A stretch of 11,658 nt of DNA from a bacterium (GTDB lineage: Bacteria; Eisenbacteria; RBG-16-71-46), in the NCBI GenBank assembly GCA_043779265.1, contig JAYWEM010000055.1, positions 1 through 11,658 of the forward strand. Reading direction: 5' to 3'. Numbering within the stretch: the first letter of the stretch is position 1; each line of letters opens with the position of its first letter. Below the pieces are notes generated by a model. The model searched no databases, had not been told where the DNA came from, and saw nothing but the letters and a program-made list of their open reading frames with translations. Shown here piece by piece: positions 6,932-11,658 of the stretch. A program made the translations under genes and the position numbers.

Positions 6932-9404
6932 CCGCCGCCTCCCGACTTGGCACCTTGGATCTGCAGACGCGCCCGCTCCCAGTTCGCACGCGCATCGCCA
7001 ACTCTCAGCAGCGCGCGGATCGCAGGGGGATGGAACGGCAGGCGATCGCAACGGATCCCGAGCGCATCGTGGATGGCGTTCGCGATCGCGGGCACACTCG
7101 GATGCAGCGGTCCCTCGCCCGCCTCCTTGGCGCCATAGGGGCCCTCGGGATCGATCGACTCGACGATGTGCGCGCTCAACTCGGGCGTGTCGAGCGAGGT
7201 CGGGATGCGGTAGTCGAGCAGGCTCGGGCCATGGTGCAGACCGAAACCGTGCCCCACCGCCGCGGGCTTGTAGTCCTGCGACTCGAAGATCGCCTCGGCG
7301 AATCCCATGTAGGCGCTGCCCTCCATCTGCCCTTCGACCGTCACCGGGTTCAGCGCGCGGCCGCAATCATGCGCCACCCACAGGCGCTCGACTTTCACGA
7401 ACCCCGTCTCCTCGTCGCAGGAGACCTCGGCGACGTGCGCGGTGAACGAGTAGGCGGGCGACGCGCCGATCGTGCCGCCTCGGTAGTCGCCGCCCAACTT
7501 GGGACTCTGGTACCAGCCGACCGAGCCGAGCGTGCCGTGCGCCGCCTCGGCCGCCTGGAACGCCTCCTTGACGCTCATCGCGTGCGTCGCGGGATCGCGC
7601 GTCCACACCGCCTGGCCGCCGGCCAGCACGACCTCGCCCTTGGGAACGCCCCAGCGCTCGCCGAGCGTCGTCGTGATCGTCTCGCGCAGATGCCGGGCCG
7701 CATCCAGACAGGCGTTGCCGCACATGAACGTCTCTCGGCTCGAATACGAACCCAGATCGACCGGCGTCAGGTCGGTGTCGGCGGCGACGACGCGGATGTC
7801 GCGCAGGTCGACGCCCAGTTCCTCGGCCACGATCAGCGCCAGCACCGTCTCGGCCCCCTGGCCGATGTCGGAGATGCCGCAGAACACGGTGGCGCGTCCC
7901 GAGCGATCGAGCTTGATCTGCACCGCCGATTGCGGCATCTCATTGGGATAGATGCAGTAGTTGGTGCCGCTGATGTACATGCTGCCGGCGATGCCGACGC
8001 CGCGGCCGTAGGGCATGCGGCGGAACTTGGCTCCCCATTCGCTCGCGCGCTCGACCTCGTCGAGACACTGCGGAAAGCCGTTCGAGGTGATGCGCATGCC
8101 GTTCACCGTGTTCGTGTTCTCGCCGATGAAGTTGCGCCGCCGCACCTCGATCGGATCGAGCCCGACGCGCTCGGCGAGCTTGTCGATCTGGCACTCGAAC
8201 GCGAAGCGCGGCTGCACCGAGCCATGGCCGCGCTTGGGACCGCAGCACGGCTTGTTGGTGAACACGCGTGTCGAGTCGAAGCGATACGCCGGGATGTGAT
8301 ACGGCGCCGTCAGCAGCTGACCCGAGTAGTAGGTGGTGACGAGGCCGAAGCTCGAGTACGCACCGCCGTCGATGTGGATCTTCGCGTCGGTCGCGGTGAG
8401 CATGCCGCCTCGGCTCATCCCGGTTCGGTACTTCAGCTGCATCGGGTGCCGGCCACGATGGGCGTAGAACACCTCTTCGCGCGTGTAGAGGATCTTGACC
8501 GGCCGCCCCGTCACCATGCTCAACTTGGCGGCGCAGAACTCGAGCGAGAACGCCTCGCTCTTGCCGCCGAACGCACCGCCGACCGTGGGCTGGATGACGC
8601 GGATGCGCTGCGTCGGCAGCTCGAGCACCTTGGCGAGATCGCGGTGCAGGTAGTGCGCGACCTGCGTGCTCGACCACAGCGTCAGGAAGCCGGTGGGGTC
8701 GAAGTCCGCGAGCGCGCAGTGCGTCTCGATCGGCGCGTGTGTCGAGCCCTCGTACCAGTACTCGCCTTCGATCACCTCGTCACTCGCGTCGAGTGCCGCT
8801 TCGACCGCCCCGAACTCGAGCAGCACCTTCTTCGAGATGTTGCCCTCGCTCGCCTTCTCGTTGACCTTCCACTCGGGATGGGCGAGCGCGCTCTCGATGT
8901 CATGCACCGCATCGAGCACCTCGTAGTCGACGCGGATGAGGCGCAGCGCCTCCTCGGCGATCAACTCGCTGTCGGCCGCGATGGCCGCGATCGCATCGCC
9001 GACGTAGCGCGCCTTGTCCTCGCACAGCGCCTGTTCGTCCTCGGTCCACGGGATGATGCCGAAATACACCGGCAGGTCCTTGCCGATGATCACGGCATGC
9101 ACACCGGGCAGCGCGAGCGCCGCCGTCGCATCGATGCTGCGGATGCGCGCATGCGCGTGGATCGAGCGCAGCAGCTTGCCGTGCAGCATGCGCGGCAGGC
9201 TCAGGTCATCGGTGTAGACCGCGCGCCCGGTCACCTTGGCGAGCCCCTCGAGCTTGCGGTTGCGCTTGCCGATGGTGCGGAAGCCGCCCTCGTTGGGTGG
9301 CGCGGAGCGACCACCCTCCCACTCGGGCGGGCTCAGGCGATCCTCGCGCGGCATCGCGCGGCCCTTCGGGATCGCCATCGCCGGCTTGTCGCCCTTGGGC
9401 TCGC

Positions 9405-9408
<4 letters not shown>
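6925..9408 (-). CDS. XOR-family molybdopterin-binding large subunit (4-hydroxybenzoyl-CoA reductase alpha/HcrA-like)
   Basis: KVTGRAVYTDD, STQ, GGAFGGK, RGRHP, PKRGHG, DIGQGAET, GSYSSR, DCGRALNP..VEGQMEG, SLLDYRIP, GPYGAKEAGEG. ATG 9408 overlaps the upstream stop (ATGA); 827 aa. Confidence 0.93.
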
Positions 9409-9905
<497 letters not shown>

Positions 9906-9953
9906 GCATGGACCTCTCGTTCGGCGAGGCGTGGGAATCCGGTGGACCAAGCG

Positions 9954-9983
9954 ATTGAAGCCGCTCGCGGCGCGCAGTGTCAA
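9954..9983 (-). promoter_or_regulatory. Sigma70-type promoter of the molybdoenzyme operon
   Basis: Perfect TTGACA (9983-9978), 18-nt spacer, TTCAAT (9959-9954); about 40-nt leader to the GTG start. Confidence 0.6.
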
Positions 9984-10059
9984 CGAGACCGGGCCCGCGC
10001 CCGACGCGCCCGGAGCGCATGCGCGCACGCGGCCGAACCTGACGAGGGCCGGGAACGGC

Positions 10060-10088
10060 TTGCGGGCACTCGCCGCTCAGGCCAACAT
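10060..10088 (+). promoter_or_regulatory. Candidate promoter giving a leaderless flavoenzyme mRNA
   Basis: TTGCGG (10060-10065)-N17-CAACAT (10083-10088)-N6-ATG (10095); no Shine-Dalgarno. Confidence 0.5.
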
Positions 10089-10094
10089 GCTCCC

Positions 10095-11354
10095 ATGACG
10101 ACCCCACACGATGCAGCACGCCCCGCCTCCTACTGGTGGGCCCAGCCGACGCCGTCCTTCCAGCCCCTCTCATCCGACCTCGACACCGACGTCCTCGTCG
10201 TTGGCGGCGGTATCACCGGCATCACGCTCGCCTACACGCTGGCCGAGAAGGGCAATTCGGTCGGTGTGCTCGAAGCGGGGCATCTCGCCGGCGAGGCGAG
10301 CGGACGCAACGCCGGGTTCCTGCTGGCGGCCCCTTCCGAGCCCTACCGCGAGCGCATCGAGTTCTGGGGCCGCGAGGGCGCCCGGGCCGTGCTGCAGATC
10401 GGACGGCGCAGCCATCAGCGGCTGCGCGAGCTGATCCAGCGCCATGACATCGCCTGTGAGTACGAGCAGAAGGGCAGCCTGCGACTGTCGCGCACCAGCG
10501 TCGAGAGCGAGGACATCCGTGCCTCGCTGACCGAACTGCGCCACGATGGGTTCCCGATGCGCGAGGTCGCCGTGGCCGACGTCGTGGCCGAGCACGCGTG
10601 CGAGTTCTTCGACGCCGCCTTCGAGGTGCCCGAGGACGGTCAGGTCCAGCCGGTCCAATTGCTGCATGGCATCGCCGTCGCCGCGATCGAGAAGGGCGCA
10701 CGCATCCACGCGCACTCGCGCGTGGTGCACGCCAAGTGGCAGGCCGGGCTATGGGAAGTGCAGGCCAACGGCCACACCGCTCGCGCCCGCACGCTGGTCA
10801 TCGCGACCAATGCCTACACGCCGAGCCTCGTGCCATCGCTGTCCGCGCTGATCGCGCCGCGCCGTGGCCAGATGGTCGCCACCGCGCCGCTCGCCGAACG
10901 CGTCACCGACAAGCCCGTGTATGCGCAGTACGGCTATCAGTACTGGCGTCAGACCGCCGATGGGCGACTGATCATCGGAGGCTGGCGTGACGTCGACTTC
11001 GACGCCGAGGCGGGCTTCGACACCGAACCGACGCCGGTGATCCAGGCGGCGATCGAGAAGGGCCTGGCGCAGTTGGTCCCGGGCGGCGCCACGATCGAAC
11101 ATCGCTGGGCGGGCACCATGGGATTCGCGCGCGACGGTCGGCCGCTGGTCGGCTGGCTCGATGCGGCGCACCATCTCGCCATCTGTGCCGGCTTCACCGG
11201 ACATGGCATGGGCATGGCGGCCGGCTGCACGCTCGACCTGGCGGACCTGCTCGAGTTCAAGCGCGCCGCCGGCATCGCCAGCTTCGATCCACACCGCTTC
11301 CCGGAACTGCGGCAGAAGCAGGAGGGGATCGTCGTGCTGGGGGTGAGCGCGTAG
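10095..11354 (+). CDS. FAD-dependent oxidoreductase, DadA/DAO family (PuuB/OrdL-like amine or amino-acid oxidase)
   Basis: SYW near the N-terminus, DVLVVGGGITG, ASGRNAGF, VIATNAYT, RGQMVAT, YWRQ..DGRLIIGG, WAGTMGF..DGRPLVG, GFTGHGMG; 419 aa from ATG 10095. Confidence 0.92.
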   Translation: MTTPHDAARPASYWWAQPTPSFQPLSSDLDTDVLVVGGGITGITLAYTLAEKGNSVGVLEAGHLAGEASGRNAGFLLAAPSEPYRERIEFWGREGARAVLQIGRRSHQRLRELIQRHDIACEYEQKGSLRLSRTSVESEDIRASLTELRHDGFPMREVAVADVVAEHACEFFDAAFEVPEDGQVQPVQLLHGIAVAAIEKGARIHAHSRVVHAKWQAGLWEVQANGHTARARTLVIATNAYTPSLVPSLSALIAPRRGQMVATAPLAERVTDKPVYAQYGYQYWRQTADGRLIIGGWRDVDFDAEAGFDTEPTPVIQAAIEKGLAQLVPGGATIEHRWAGTMGFARDGRPLVGWLDAAHHLAICAGFTGHGMGMAAGCTLDLADLLEFKRAAGIASFDPHRFPELRQKQEGIVVLGVSA

Positions 11355-11475
11355 CCGAGACTCGAAGCGCCGCTCCGCTCTCGCGGACGCTCGCTTTCTC
11401 GCCGGAAATCGTTTCCATTCGCTGACGAGCCCACCGGCCTCCTCCCGGCTCTTCCTCCCAGTTCGTTGTCTCGCC

Positions 11476-11481
11476 TATACT
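11476..11481 (+). promoter_or_regulatory. -10 element for the gene starting at 11562
   Basis: TATACT (5/6 match to TATAAT) in a GC-rich intergenic region; no good -35 seen. Confidence 0.5.
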
Positions 11482-11498
11482 TGGCGCGCCAACTCCGA

Positions 11499-11535
11499 CG
11501 GACCGACCACGCCCCCAGCGGACCGGCCGCGCCCC
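11499..11535 (+). repeat. Imperfect direct repeat, 2 copies, 20-nt period
   Basis: cggaccgaccacgcccc (11499-11515) vs cggaccggccgcgcccc (11519-11535): 15/17 identical. Confidence 0.7.
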
Positions 11536-11561
11536 GCGGGGGTCCAACGAGAGGACTCCCA

Positions 11562-11658
11562 ATGGATCAGATGCTCAAGACGCCCGACGAAGTCCGCCAG
11601 GCGATCGCCGTGCTCGCCACCGGTAACGCCGACGCCCTCGACCGACTCGTGTGGACCG
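11562..11658 (+). CDS. Partial CDS (N-terminus only), function not determinable
   Basis: Not in ORF track. GAGAGGA RBS at 11549-11555, ATG 11562, open to the edge: MDQMLKTPDEVRQAIAVLATGNADALDRLVWT; strongly G/C-ending codons. Confidence 0.8.
   Translation, partial: MDQMLKTPDEVRQAIAVLATGNADALDRLVWT

Noticed and set aside
10015..10024. GCGCATGCGC palindrome between the divergent promoters
   Set aside because: Low-information GC-rich word that also occurs inside coding sequence near 9150.
9906..10094. Moco riboswitch or ModE box upstream of the molybdoenzyme operon
   Set aside because: The predicted leader is only about 40 nt, and I saw no ModE-like AT-rich motif; an Rfam scan would be needed to exclude it formally.
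11366..11400. Possible intrinsic terminator after the flavoenzyme (TCCGC-TCTC-GCGGA)
   Set aside because: Only a 5-bp core stem and no adjacent U-tract.
11562..11658. Vague resemblance of ALDRLVWT to N-termini of some class II aldolase-like proteins
   Set aside because: 32 residues with no catalytic motif; cannot be supported without the downstream sequence.

Overview
GC-rich bacterial chromosomal segment, densely coding, with no rRNA/tRNA, CRISPR array or mobile element that I can see. The core is a translationally coupled minus-strand operon (9905 to 4327) for a three-subunit xanthine-oxidoreductase-family molybdoenzyme. It resembles 4-hydroxybenzoyl-CoA reductase (2Fe-2S, Mo, then FAD subunit with an extra four-Cys [4Fe-4S]-type insert) but has an unusual PKRGHG active-site loop. 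It is followed by its own maturases XdhC and MocA. A DadA/PuuB-family flavoenzyme is transcribed divergently, and a small Rieske protein converges on the operon end. A second minus-strand block encodes a variant LOG-family protein, a kynureninase-like class V PLP enzyme, ThyX and FdhD. Two partial genes missing from the ORF track sit at the edges: a secreted protein (<1..313, minus) with an abrupt codon-usage shift, and an unknown protein (11562..>11658, plus) behind a motif-rich leader. All family calls come from motif recognition by eye; no database search was run.
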